Shown here piece after piece: positions 20,689-29,870 of a stretch of 64,000 nt of DNA. Position numbers and translations under genes: made by a program. The notes beneath the pieces are model-generated. The model was not told the origin of the DNA, searched no databases, and was given only the letters and a program-made list of their open reading frames with translations. The stretch's first letter is position 1. The number at the start of each line of letters is the position of its first letter. Location of the stretch: the NCBI GenBank assembly GCA_965198225.1, contig CBDAOY010000002.1, positions 1 to 64,000 on the forward strand, in the 5' to 3' direction. The stretch is from Terriglobia bacterium. Lineage in GTDB: Bacteria > Acidobacteriota > Terriglobia > 20CM-2-55-15.

Positions 20689-21270
20689 TTATCCCTTGGT
20701 CAGAATCTTAAGCGTACGCTTGAACAGTTCGTCGAAACCCGGATCAGCGCCGCCGTCGAGCGCTCGCCTGATCGCAGCCTCGATCATGCCCCGGTTGTAG
20801 CCCAGGTTGTCCATCGCCGAGATCACGTCGGTTTCGCTGTCGCTTCGATCCGATTCGTCGACGACGAACTCGCGCAGCTTATCCTTCAGCTCCAGGAGGA
20901 TTCGCTCGGCGGTCTTCTTGCCGACACCCGGTATCGTGGTCAGGCGGGCCAGATCACTTTTCTTGATTGACGTGATCAGGTCCTCGACTGAACTACCCGA
21001 GAGGATCGTCAACGCCAGGCGTGGTCCGATGCCGGAAATGCCGGTTAACCGTTCGAAGATCGCCTTTTCCAGGCGGGTGGCGAAGCCGTAGAGCTGGATA
21101 ACGTCTTCCCGGACGTGCGTGTAGATGTCGAGGGTGACATCGGAACCAGACTCGGGCGCGGCCGAGTAAGTGGGCATCGCGATGAAGACCTCGTACCCGA
21201 CGCCGTTGACATCGACCAGCATCTGCCCCGGTGTCTTCTCGAGCAGTTTCCCGTGCAGCCGGGCGATCAC
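20689..21270 (-). CDS. ruvA: Holliday junction branch migration protein RuvA
   Basis: [21 protein letters not shown], HhH motifs ISGIGPRLA and [11 protein letters not shown]. Confidence 0.98.
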   Translation of the reverse strand: MIARLHGKLLEKTPGQMLVDVNGVGYEVFIAMPTYSAAPESGSDVTLDIYTHVREDVIQLYGFATRLEKAIFERLTGISGIGPRLALTILSGSSVEDLITSIKKSDLARLTTIPGVGKKTAERILLELKDKLREFVVDESDRSDSETDVISAMDNLGYNRGMIEAAIRRALDGGADPGFDELFKRTLKILTKG

Positions 21271-21536
21271 GTGAAATCCACGGCGTCGATCACGCCGACT
21301 ACCGCCGCGTCGATCGGAGCCATCGTCCGTCCGACCGTCGCAGCGGCCGACCAGCCTTCCTGGACGATGAGCACGCGGTCACCGACTCCTGCATCGACGC
21401 CATCGAGTGCCAGCAGGGTCTTCCCGGCTTCTTCACCGCCGAGGTCGAGCGGTTGAATGAGAAGGATCTTACGACCGTGATGGCTCGGTTCCTTCTGTGT
21501 CGCCACTACGTTCCCGACGACTCTCGCGATGATCAT
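21267..21536 (-). CDS. BMC vertex protein (BMC-P, EutN/CcmL family), copy 3
   Basis: [15 protein letters not shown]...[12 protein letters not shown]...[11 protein letters not shown]. Confidence 0.93.
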   Translation of the reverse strand: MIIARVVGNVVATQKEPSHHGRKILLIQPLDLGGEEAGKTLLALDGVDAGVGDRVLIVQEGWSAAATVGRTMAPIDAAVVGVIDAVDFT

Positions 21537-21777
21537 AGATATTGTCCACGATGCCGACGATCGTCGCATCGGAAGGAACTTCTTCGGGCGAGAACGCGAA
21601 TGAGGCTTCGCGCCCCCTGCAGACGTAAACTCTCTCGCCGGCCCCGGCGCCGACAGCATCGATTGCGACCACGGACCCTCCGTCCGAGTCGCGTCGCACG
21701 AGCAGCAGTTTCTTACCTTCGAGAGTTTCGTTCTTGGCTGTGGAGACGACGCGGCCGATGACTTGTCCCAGATACAT
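21469..21777 (-). CDS. BMC vertex protein (BMC-P, EutN/CcmL family), copy 2
   Basis: [15 protein letters not shown]...[11 protein letters not shown]...DATIVGIVD; its charged C-terminal tail overlaps the next gene by 68 nt. Confidence 0.92.
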   Translation of the reverse strand: MYLGQVIGRVVSTAKNETLEGKKLLLVRRDSDGGSVVAIDAVGAGAGERVYVCRGREASFAFSPEEVPSDATIVGIVDNIYDHRESRRERSGDTEGTEPSRS

Positions 21778-21788
21778 CAGCGAGTACC

Positions 21789-22055
21789 TCAGTCTTGATA
21801 GACTTCGTCGACAATCCCGACGACAGCCGCGTCCACGGGCGTGTCTTTACAACCGGACGCCATCCGTGCGGAACTGCCCTGGACGACGAGGACTTTTTCA
21901 TGGAAGCCGGCGGAGACAGTGTCAACAGCGACGAGGTATGTGTTCTCATCGTCGCCATCGGGATTCAAGGGACGGCATATCAGCAGCTTTTTGCCTTCCA
22001 GGCGCGGATCCTTGCGTGTCGCAACAACCGTGCCTATGATCCTGGCCAGCTGCAT
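21789..22055 (-). CDS. BMC vertex protein (BMC-P, EutN/CcmL family), copy 1
   Basis: [15 protein letters not shown]...AVDTVSAG...QGSSAR...[11 protein letters not shown]. Confidence 0.94.
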   Translation of the reverse strand: MQLARIIGTVVATRKDPRLEGKKLLICRPLNPDGDDENTYLVAVDTVSAGFHEKVLVVQGSSARMASGCKDTPVDAAVVGIVDEVYQD

Positions 22056-22060
22056 TTTGC

Positions 22061-22366
22061 CTAGCTACTCGCCTTGCCTATCGGGAACACATCCTCGAGG
22101 TTCGAGTGCGGGCGCGGGATCACGTGAACGCTGATGAGTTCACCGACCCGTCGCGCTGCCGCAGCACCGGCATCGGTCGCAGCCTTGACCGCGGCAACGT
22201 CTCCCCGGACCATGGCGGTGACGTAGCCGGACCCGATCTTTTCCCACCCCATCAGGCTGACCTTGGCTGCTTTCACCATCGCGTCGGAAGCTTCGATCAG
22301 CGACACCAGACCTCGTGTCTCGATCATGCCTAGAGCTTCACCAATCTGTTCTCCCTCTTGTGCCAT
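22061..22366 (-). CDS. BMC hexamer shell protein (BMC-H, EutM/PduA-like)
   Basis: [10 protein letters not shown]...DAMVKAA...KIGSG...[13 protein letters not shown]...HVIPRPH. Confidence 0.97.
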   Translation of the reverse strand: MAQEGEQIGEALGMIETRGLVSLIEASDAMVKAAKVSLMGWEKIGSGYVTAMVRGDVAAVKAATDAGAAAARRVGELISVHVIPRPHSNLEDVFPIGKASS

Positions 22367-22439
22367 TCAATGCTCCTTGATTTAGAAACCGGCGGGACGC
22401 CGGTGAGCGCCCGATTTGCGCGGTCCACAGACCGCTCGT

Positions 22440-23219
22440 TCAATTCTGTTTCTCCAAACTCGAAACGACCTGATGGACCAGATCGATCAGTTCATCCCTA
22501 GTGAGAGAGATCGTCTCCGATCTTCCGTCGGTCACTGGACACATCGGGTCCTTCGGACGCGCCTCGTCAGAGGTCTCCAGGCCGAAGTAGGCCTGTCTCT
22601 GAACCCAAAGCTTTTCGACGTCATCGGCTGAGAGCAGTTGCTCCTTACCCAGGATCCGCGTGCAGATGGAAATCTTGGCGAAATGTTCGACCGTATCCAT
22701 CCGGTTGTAGGCATCCATGAGGTTGGATCCGTACGTGACGACGCCGTGGTTCGCCATCAGCAGTGCGTCGTAGTTGGAGACGTAGGGCCTCAGCCTGTCG
22801 GTCAGTTCCGGCGTACCCGGCGTCCCGTATTCGGCAACCGGGATGCAGCCCAGAGCCAGTACGACCTCAGAAATCAACGCCTTGTTCAACGGGATACCCG
22901 CCGCCGCATACGCCGTCGCGGCGGGCGGGTGGCAGTGCACGACAGCGTTGACGTCAGGCCGCAGCTCGTAGACGAGCAGGTGCATCGCGATCTCACTCGA
23001 CGCCTTCCGCTCGCCACGGACAGCCCGCCCCTGCAGGTCGACGACGACCGAGTCCTCCGGCCGGACGAAACCCTTGTTGATCATCGTCGGCGTACAAATG
23101 ATCTCGCCATCGGAAAGTCGCGCGCTGAGGTTGCCGTCCGTCGACGCCAGGTACCCTTTCTGGTACGTCAGACGGGAAAAATCGGCGATCTCCTGCCGCA
23201 GTTGATCTTCAGAAGGCAT
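22440..23219 (-). CDS. Class II aldolase/adducin (AraD/FucA-like) with a C-terminal encapsulation-peptide-like helix
   Basis: DGNLSARL, ASSEIAMH, VVHCHP and LMANHG Zn motifs; tail LTRDELIDLVHQVVSSL after a linker. Confidence 0.9.
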   Translation of the reverse strand: MPSEDQLRQEIADFSRLTYQKGYLASTDGNLSARLSDGEIICTPTMINKGFVRPEDSVVVDLQGRAVRGERKASSEIAMHLLVYELRPDVNAVVHCHPPAATAYAAAGIPLNKALISEVVLALGCIPVAEYGTPGTPELTDRLRPYVSNYDALLMANHGVVTYGSNLMDAYNRMDTVEHFAKISICTRILGKEQLLSADDVEKLWVQRQAYFGLETSDEARPKDPMCPVTDGRSETISLTRDELIDLVHQVVSSLEKQN

Positions 23220-23273
23220 TCACGAGGCCCGGTTGCTCGAGGTCCAAACAGATACAAGAATCCCGCCGAAACG

Positions 23274-23289
23274 TGCAAATTTTGCGCCA
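23274..23289 (-). promoter_or_regulatory. Putative sigma-54 (-24/-12) promoter of the aldolase-BMC-ruvAB operon
   Basis: Minus strand reads TGGCGCAAAATTTGCA (GG-N10-GC), 55 bp upstream of the aldolase ATG. Confidence 0.55.
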
Positions 23290-23349
23290 GATGGGCGGGG
23301 GGTTCGCGTCTGGGAAGCCGCAATTCTACTACAGAAGTGGGAGGTTATC

Positions 23350-23393
23350 AGTAGTCAGTAGTCGGTAGTCGGTAGTCAGTAAGAGTCAGTTAG
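23350..23393. repeat. Short heptamer tandem repeat (C[AG]GTAGT)
   Basis: cagtagtcagtagtcggtagtcggtagtcagtaagagtcagttag. Confidence 0.75.
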
Positions 23394-23399
23394 GGAAGT

Positions 23400-23750
23400 G
23401 TAGGTGCGCTCTATGAGCGCACATGAATCTTCCACGAAGACGTGCGGTCACAGACCATTGCTGTCCAAAACAATCCGAAAACGCGTTTTGGACGGAGTTA
23501 ACCACCTTTGTTATCAACATCGCAGTCAAGATCCAGAATTGAGGTCTCTGTCGGCGTTCCCAGCCTGTCCAAGATATCCGCCCGCCATGCTCGACCTCAA
23601 TTCCAGCCCGGAACCGCCCCGAGAGGCTTGTTGGAACCGGTTTGGGAGTACGTAGCATAGGGCTGCCGTTTCTCAGGGGGTCGTAGCCTGTCCAAAACGG
23701 GAACCAGCAAAAAGCTATTTTGGACAGGAATGGTCACAGACCGCACCTAC
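23400..23750. repeat. REPIN whose second REP is split by an inserted element
   Basis: REP at 23400-23422; second REP reads GTGCGGTCACAGACC | insert | GGTCACAGACCGCACCTAC. Confidence 0.9.
23457..23731. mobile_element. 275-bp non-autonomous element (MITE) inserted into a REP with an 11-bp target duplication
   Basis: TIRs ATTGCTGTCCAAAA / TTTTGGACAGGAAT; flanked by direct repeat GGTCACAGACC at 23446-23456 and 23732-23742. Confidence 0.85.
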
Positions 23751-23776
23751 AATCACTGGTCACTTGTCACTTCTTA

Positions 23777-26005
23777 CTACTTCGCAATCTCCAAGGACGC
23801 GTATCTGGCGATCATCTTTTTCAGGCCGTAGTTGCTGAAGCTGATCGTGAGCTTCGTATCGGCGCCGCTGCCTTCGGTCCGCAGGATGGTGCCGAAACCG
23901 TACTTGGGATGTCTCACGCGGGTCCCGAGCGAGTACGGGTTGGCTTTGCCGCGGGAGCGGGCCTTCCCCCCGCCCCGCCGCCCCGCCGAATCGAGAAAAT
24001 TCCGGACGGCATCGGGTGTGTTGTAGGTTGTCCCGGCATAGTCCACCCGCTCGCGGGACTGAGACGTGGCAAGGCGTGAATCTTCGAGCCCGTCTACCAG
24101 GTGCGGTGGAATCTCACGCAGAAAGCGAGACACCTCCGATACCAACGGTTCCATCGTCCCGAATGTCCGCCTGTAGCGGGAGGAGGTCAGGTAGAGCTGG
24201 GCTTCCGCCCGGGTCATCCCGACATAGAACAGCCGTCGCTCCTCCTCGAGCGACGCCGTCTCGTTGATCGATCGATTGTGAGGGAAAAGCCCGTCTTCCA
24301 TCCCTATGATGAACACCACGGGGAATTCCAAACCCTTCGCCGTGTGCAGGGTCATCAGTGTGACCGGCGCCCTTTCGTCGTAGTCGTCCTGATCGGACAC
24401 CAGGGCGGCGTTGTCCAGGAAGGTCCGCAGGCTCTCGCCCCGCTCTTCACTTTCCTCGGCGGCGTTCAGCAGTTCCCGAAGGTTATCGATGCGGGTCAGA
24501 GCCTCTTCGGTCCCCTCCTGCTGCAGAACATCTGTATATCGTGTCTTGTCGATGACCCTCTGAATCAGGTCGGCGCCGGAGTGCTCGTCTGCCGTTCGGA
24601 CGAAACCGTCCATCAGCTCTCGAAAGTGCCCCAGTGCCCGCAACGACCGCAGTGGCAGCGTCGCCTCGTCCAGTGCGACACCGAGCGCATCCCACAGCGA
24701 GCTTTCGCGATCCGCCGCCAGATCCATCAGGGCATCGATCGTCGTCTTTCCGATACCGCGTGAAGGCGTGTTGATGATCCGCAGCAGGTGGACGGAATCG
24801 TGAGGATTGAGGGCGGCGGTCAAGTAGCTGATCATGTCCTTGATTTCAGCTCGCTCGTAGAAACTGAAGCCGCCGACCACCCGGTATGGGATGTCGAACC
24901 GCCGGAACACTTCTTCCAGGATGCGTGACAGAAAGTTCGTACGGTACAAGACCGCGATGCGCGTGTCGGTTCGCTTGCGACGATGATCCGCCACCTTCTG
25001 CGCGACGAAAGCGGCCTCCTGGTCCGGGTCGGCCGCTTCGAAATAGGTGATCCGCTCACCCGGGTCGTTTTTTGTCCAGAGCTCTTTGCCCTTGCGCATT
25101 TCGTTGTTGGCAACGACGGCGCTGGCGCCCGCGAGTATCGTCTTCGTCGAGCGGTAGTTCTGCTCCAACCGAACGATCCGGGCGTTCGGGTAGTCCTTCT
25201 CGAACGAAAGGATGTTCTGGATATCGGCGCCGCGCCAGCTGTAGATCGACTGATCTTCGTCGCCAACGACGCACACGTTGCCGTGTGAGCGCGAGAGGTG
25301 CCGGATCAGCATGTACTGCGTGCGGTTCGTGTCCTGGTATTCGTCCACCATGACGTGGCGAAAACGCTGGCTGTATTTCTCAGCGATCTGGGGAGACTTC
25401 TCGAACAGAAGGACGGTTTTCCCGAGCAAATCGTCGAAGTCCAGCGCGTTCGCCTTCCTCAGGCGCTTCTCATACTCCGCATAGACGCTCGCCGTGTGCT
25501 CCCAGTCGGGTTGAAAGGCGTCGTCGGCCATCTCCTCCGGACTCGTGCGCTGGTTCTTGGCGCTGGAGATACGGGCCTGGATCACGCGGGCCGTCACCTC
25601 CTTGTCGTTGACGCCGAGCTCTTTCATCGCGGTCTTCACAACCTGGAGCTGATCGGCACTGTCGTAAATGGTGAACTCCCGGGTGTAGCCCAACGATTCG
25701 ATCTCGCGACGGAGGAGGCGCACACACAGGGAGTGAAAAGTCGAGATCCAGGCGTCGGCTGAACGGGGCGCATGGAGCTGGTTCCGCACCCGCGTCTTCA
25801 TCTGGTCGGCAGCTTTGTTCGTGAACGTGACGGCGAGTATCGATTCCGGCCGGACCCCCAGGTTTTCGATCAGGTGGACGATCCGGTAGGTAATGACACG
25901 GGTCTTCCCGCTCCCCGCACCCGCAAGGATGAGTATCGGCCCCTCGACAGCCTCCGCCGCCACCAACTGCTCCGGGTTCAAATGTTCCTTCAGATCAATC
26001 GACAT
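23777..26005 (-). CDS. pcrA: ATP-dependent DNA helicase PcrA/UvrD
   Basis: LAGAGSGKTRV, VDEYQDTN, VGDEDQSIY, LEQNYRST, HTAKGLEF, EERRLFYVGMTRA; C-terminal Tudor-like RVRHPKYGFG. Confidence 0.97.
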   Translation of the reverse strand: MSIDLKEHLNPEQLVAAEAVEGPILILAGAGSGKTRVITYRIVHLIENLGVRPESILAVTFTNKAADQMKTRVRNQLHAPRSADAWISTFHSLCVRLLRREIESLGYTREFTIYDSADQLQVVKTAMKELGVNDKEVTARVIQARISSAKNQRTSPEEMADDAFQPDWEHTASVYAEYEKRLRKANALDFDDLLGKTVLLFEKSPQIAEKYSQRFRHVMVDEYQDTNRTQYMLIRHLSRSHGNVCVVGDEDQSIYSWRGADIQNILSFEKDYPNARIVRLEQNYRSTKTILAGASAVVANNEMRKGKELWTKNDPGERITYFEAADPDQEAAFVAQKVADHRRKRTDTRIAVLYRTNFLSRILEEVFRRFDIPYRVVGGFSFYERAEIKDMISYLTAALNPHDSVHLLRIINTPSRGIGKTTIDALMDLAADRESSLWDALGVALDEATLPLRSLRALGHFRELMDGFVRTADEHSGADLIQRVIDKTRYTDVLQQEGTEEALTRIDNLRELLNAAEESEERGESLRTFLDNAALVSDQDDYDERAPVTLMTLHTAKGLEFPVVFIIGMEDGLFPHNRSINETASLEEERRLFYVGMTRAEAQLYLTSSRYRRTFGTMEPLVSEVSRFLREIPPHLVDGLEDSRLATSQSRERVDYAGTTYNTPDAVRNFLDSAGRRGGGKARSRGKANPYSLGTRVRHPKYGFGTILRTEGSGADTKLTISFSNYGLKKMIARYASLEIAK

Positions 26006-26022
26006 GGCTTAGAAGACAATTT

Positions 26023-26153
26023 TAACCACGGAGGCGCTGAGGCACGGAGGGGACAATAAAGACTTTTCTCAAGAAATTGAAGTCGTCCGGAGGCACGGTC
26101 GAGTGAGCAATGAAATGACTGTTCTCCTCAGTGCCTTGGCGCCTCCGTGGTTA
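26023..26153. repeat. Intergenic inverted repeat pair (second repeat family)
   Basis: TAACCACGGAGGCGCTGAGGCACGGAGG ... CCTCAGTGCCTTGGCGCCTCCGTGGTTA. Confidence 0.75.
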
Positions 26154-26157
26154 TTCC

Positions 26158-28008
26158 CTACTCGACGGTGACGCTTTTGGCCAGGTTGCGAGGCTGGTCG
26201 ACGTCGCACCCGCGTCGGATGGCGATCTCGTAAGCGAGCAACTGCAGGGGGACGACTTCCAGGATGGGCAGCAGGAAGTCGTTGGTCGCGGGCACCATCA
26301 GGGTGTGGTCGGATGCCTCCGCCACTTCCTCGTCGCCCTCGACGGCGACGGAGAGGATTATTCCGTCCCGGGATTTTACTTCACGGATGTTGTTCAGCAC
26401 CTTCTCGTAGATCAGTCGTGATTCCTCGATACTCTCGTCCCTGGTCGCCACGAACACCACCGGCAGATTCTCGTCAATGAGCGCGTTCGGACCGTGCTTC
26501 ATCTCGCCGGCGGGGTAGCCTTCAGCATGGATGTAGGAAATCTCCTTCAGCTTCAGAGCACCTTCGAGCGCAATCGGAAAATGTACACCCCGGCCTAGAA
26601 ACAGGAAATCGTTCGACCGGGAAAAGGTGCGGGCGATCTTCTCGATCTTGGAGTCGAGCTTCAGGACTTCTTCCAGCTTGTGTGGCAGGGCAGCCAATTC
26701 CGACAACGCTACGCTGAGCCGCTCTTCAGAGATCGTCTCGTGGACCTTGCCCAGATGCAGTGCCAGCAGGTAGAGGGCCGCAAGCTGCGTGACGAACGCC
26801 TTCGTCGACGCCACTCCGATTTCCGGTCCGGCACGCGTATACAGAACACCGTCGGCGATCCGGGTCGTCATCGAACCGACGACATTCGTCACGGTCAGGA
26901 TCTTCATGCCCATGTCGCGGATCTTCCGTTGTGCCGCAACCGTGTCGGCGGTCTCGCCGGACTGTGTGATGACGACATACAGCGTGCCTGGCTGCGGCAC
27001 GGGGTTCCGATATCGGAACTCGCTGGCGTAGTCCACGTCGGCCGGGATGCGGGCCAGGGACTCGATCATGTACCTGGCGGCAAGGGCGGAATGCCAGCTG
27101 GTCCCGCACGCCAGGAGACAGACGCGCTCGAAACTCTTCCAGTCTTCGTCCCCGAACCCGACGTCGTCCAGCCGCGCTTCGTTGGAGTCCAGAGACAGGC
27201 GTCCGACGAGCGTTTCGCTGACGGCCGACGGCTGCTCGTAGATCTCCTTCTGCATGAAGTGCTTGTAACCGCCCTTCTCGGCCTGGATGGGATCCCAGGT
27301 GATCCGGTTGAAGTGCAGCTTGCGTTCTTTGCCGGAAAAATCCATCAAACGGATCCGATCCGGCTCGACGATGGCCAGTTCGCCGTCGTCGAGGAAGAGC
27401 AGATCACGCGTGTACGGCAGCAGGGCGGGGATGTCGGAAGCGACGAAGCCCTCACCGTCGACGCGCCCGACCACCGTCGGGGGCCCGTCCCTTCCGGTCA
27501 CGATTTTGTACGGGTCGTCGGCCGAGATCACGGACAATGCAAACATGCCACGCAGCTCTTTCAGGGCTTCGAGTACGGCTGCTTCGAGGTTCCCGTCGAA
27601 ATACTTCTCGACCAGGTGCGCGATGACCTCGGTATCGGTGTCCGTCGTGAATTCGTGGCCCTCCGAACTGAGCGTTCGTTTGATGGTGAGGTAGTTCTCG
27701 ATGATGCCGTTGTGGACGACGACGACTCGGCCACTGCAGTCGCGGTGCGGATGGGCGTTCTCTTCTGTCGGGCGACCGTGCGTGGCCCAGCGTGTGTGTC
27801 CGAGTCCGTAGGTGCCACTCAGCGGCTCCTCGGCGAGAAGCGACTCCAGATTCGACAGCTTCCCGGAACAACGGCGCAGTTCCACTTCGCCGTCGTTGAT
27901 CACGGCGATGCCGGCCGAATCGTAGCCTCGATACTCGAGGCTGCGGAGCCCGCTCAGCACGAGGGGAACGGCGTCGCGATTACCGATGTAGCCGAAAATT
28001 CCACACAT
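26158..28008 (-). CDS. glmS: Glutamine--fructose-6-phosphate transaminase
   Basis: MCGIFG N-terminal Cys; LEYRGYDSAG; GHTRWATHG; SIS domains; PRNLAKSVTVE. Confidence 0.99.
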   Translation of the reverse strand: MCGIFGYIGNRDAVPLVLSGLRSLEYRGYDSAGIAVINDGEVELRRCSGKLSNLESLLAEEPLSGTYGLGHTRWATHGRPTEENAHPHRDCSGRVVVVHNGIIENYLTIKRTLSSEGHEFTTDTDTEVIAHLVEKYFDGNLEAAVLEALKELRGMFALSVISADDPYKIVTGRDGPPTVVGRVDGEGFVASDIPALLPYTRDLLFLDDGELAIVEPDRIRLMDFSGKERKLHFNRITWDPIQAEKGGYKHFMQKEIYEQPSAVSETLVGRLSLDSNEARLDDVGFGDEDWKSFERVCLLACGTSWHSALAARYMIESLARIPADVDYASEFRYRNPVPQPGTLYVVITQSGETADTVAAQRKIRDMGMKILTVTNVVGSMTTRIADGVLYTRAGPEIGVASTKAFVTQLAALYLLALHLGKVHETISEERLSVALSELAALPHKLEEVLKLDSKIEKIARTFSRSNDFLFLGRGVHFPIALEGALKLKEISYIHAEGYPAGEMKHGPNALIDENLPVVFVATRDESIEESRLIYEKVLNNIREVKSRDGIILSVAVEGDEEVAEASDHTLMVPATNDFLLPILEVVPLQLLAYEIAIRRGCDVDQPRNLAKSVTVE

Positions 28009-28031
28009 GACAGGAGAATACCAGATTAGGT

Positions 28032-28098
28032 GTAGGGGCGGTCTATGACCGCACAACCGCTGGAGGGGAAAGAGTGTGCGGTCATAGACCGCACCTAC
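28032..28098. repeat. REPIN between glmU and glmS
   Basis: GTAGGGGCGGTCTATGACCGCAC ... GTGCGGTCATAGACCGCACCTAC. Confidence 0.9.
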
Positions 28099-28102
28099 AG
28101 GG

Positions 28103-29482
28103 CTATTTTTTCTTCCTCTTCTTCTTCCGTTCCCTGACCCAGCCTTCTTTCACGGCCTGGCGACCCCGCGCGATCGCGAGCGATTCGGGAGGGACGTCGT
28201 CGGTGATCGATGATCCCGCCGCCACATAGGCATCCTTTCCGACACGGACCGGGGCCATCAACTGGCTGTCGCTGCCGATAAATGCGCCGTCTTCGATCAC
28301 GGTCGGGTTCTTGTCGACGCCGTCGTAGTTGCAGGTAATCGTGCCTGCGCCGACGTTGACCTTCTTGCCGATCGTCGCGTCACCCAGGTAGGTCAGGTGC
28401 ATTGACTTGGTTCCTTCTCCCAAGGTGGATTTCTTGATTTCCACGAAGTTACCGACCTTGACCTGATTCTCGAGGACAACGCCCATCCTCAGGTGCGCGT
28501 AGGGTCCGATCTGGACGTCCTCGCTGATCTTCGAGTCGTTCACGACGCAGCCTTCGAGGATCGTCGAGCGGTTGCCGACCCGGGAATTCGTCAGACGGCT
28601 GAATGACCGCACCGTGACGTCCTCGCCAAGAACGGACCGGCCCTCGATGCAAACTGAAGGATGGATTACCGAGTCCGGCCCAATCTCCACGTCGGCATCG
28701 ATCCATGCCGTGTCGGGGTCGACGATCGAAACGCCGGAAACCATCAGCTTTTCGCACTTTCGCCGGCGCATCAAGCCATCGATTCGCGCCAGTTCCTGCC
28801 GGGAGTTCACCCCGAGAACCTCCGAGGCTTCGTCGGCCTCGAAAGCCCCGAGACGATGTCCGTCACCGGCAAGAATGCCAACGACGTCGGTCAGATAGTA
28901 CTCCTCCTGGTCGTTGTCGGTCCTGACGTGGTCGAGCGCGCCGAACAGGAGCGACGTATCGAAGACATAGATGCTGGAGTTGATCTCGCGTATAGACAGG
29001 ACGTCCTCTCCGGCGTCCCGATGCTCGGTGATGGCTTCCACCGCCCCATCGGAGCGGCGGACGATCCTTCCGTACCCGGAAGGATCCGCAACGGTGGCCG
29101 TCAAGACGGAGCCTCCGAATCCACCTTCTCGATGAAAGTCGATAAACGCCCGCAGGGTCTCCGGCCGGATGAGAGGGACGTCTCCGGGAACGATGAGCAA
29201 ATGCCCGCCACGCTTCACCAGCGACTCCCGTGCCGCCATCACGGCATGCCCCGTGCCGAGTTGATCCTTCTGTTCGACGAATTCAACTCCTTCAACGGAC
29301 TCCCGAACCGCTGCAGCCTGGTGTCCGACGACCACGCTCACCTCTTTTGACACTTGGCGGGTCGAGCGCAGTACGAAATCCAGCATCGGTCGACCAGCGA
29401 CCGGATGGAGCACTTTGGCCTTCTTGGACTTCATCCGGGTGCCTTTGCCGGCGGCTAAGATCAATACGCTCAGGTTGCTCAT
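28103..29482 (-). CDS. glmU: Bifunctional UDP-GlcNAc pyrophosphorylase / acetyltransferase
   Basis: ILAAGKGTRMKS, QLGTGHAV, EYYLTD, hexapeptide repeats, GNFVEIK, TCNYDG. Confidence 0.99.
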   Translation of the reverse strand: MSNLSVLILAAGKGTRMKSKKAKVLHPVAGRPMLDFVLRSTRQVSKEVSVVVGHQAAAVRESVEGVEFVEQKDQLGTGHAVMAARESLVKRGGHLLIVPGDVPLIRPETLRAFIDFHREGGFGGSVLTATVADPSGYGRIVRRSDGAVEAITEHRDAGEDVLSIREINSSIYVFDTSLLFGALDHVRTDNDQEEYYLTDVVGILAGDGHRLGAFEADEASEVLGVNSRQELARIDGLMRRRKCEKLMVSGVSIVDPDTAWIDADVEIGPDSVIHPSVCIEGRSVLGEDVTVRSFSRLTNSRVGNRSTILEGCVVNDSKISEDVQIGPYAHLRMGVVLENQVKVGNFVEIKKSTLGEGTKSMHLTYLGDATIGKKVNVGAGTITCNYDGVDKNPTVIEDGAFIGSDSQLMAPVRVGKDAYVAAGSSITDDVPPESLAIARGRQAVKEGWVRERKKKRKKK

Positions 29483-29503
29483 TTCAGAAAGGGTGCGGGC
29501 GGC

Positions 29504-29867
29504 CTACCCAGCGGCTTCGAGAACTGCCGCGGCAAGCAGGTCCGAATCATGACGGATCGCGCCATCCTCAGCGAGCAGATCGCGCTCCACGAGCCTCAGG
29601 CCGAGATTCCCCAGGCGATCACGATCAATTTCCACGGTGCGGGCGTTCTCCTGTTCGTATTTTGTCAGAATACTTCGGGAAGGGGTGCGGGTATTTACGA
29701 GCACGGTCGGAAACAGAACACGTCCACAATGCTCGATCAAAGCTGTCGGTCACCGCAGCGATCACCGACAGCTCTACCGGTGACTTCTTGAGGCCACGCA
29801 AGAGGGTCGACAGACCCGTGCCGCCGCCGATAGAGACTACTCGCGCTCGTCTTACCTCCCGAGCCAT
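29504..29867 (-). pseudogene. yvcK: YvcK/GlmR (gluconeogenesis factor) remnant with a large internal deletion and frameshift
   Basis: N-terminus VVSIGGGTGLSTLLRGLK...AVTD is joined out of frame to the C-terminus ALIEHCG...VLVN...DLL...IRHDSDLLA; the central DGGSSG/GPGS region is missing. Confidence 0.85.
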
Positions 29868-29870
29868 CGA

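Noticed and set aside
26680-28029. Long + strand ORF (449 aa) and similar ones at 1375-2373, 33912-34952, 38714-39982 and 61189-62148
   Set aside because: Antisense shadows of well-supported genes, expected in high-GC DNA
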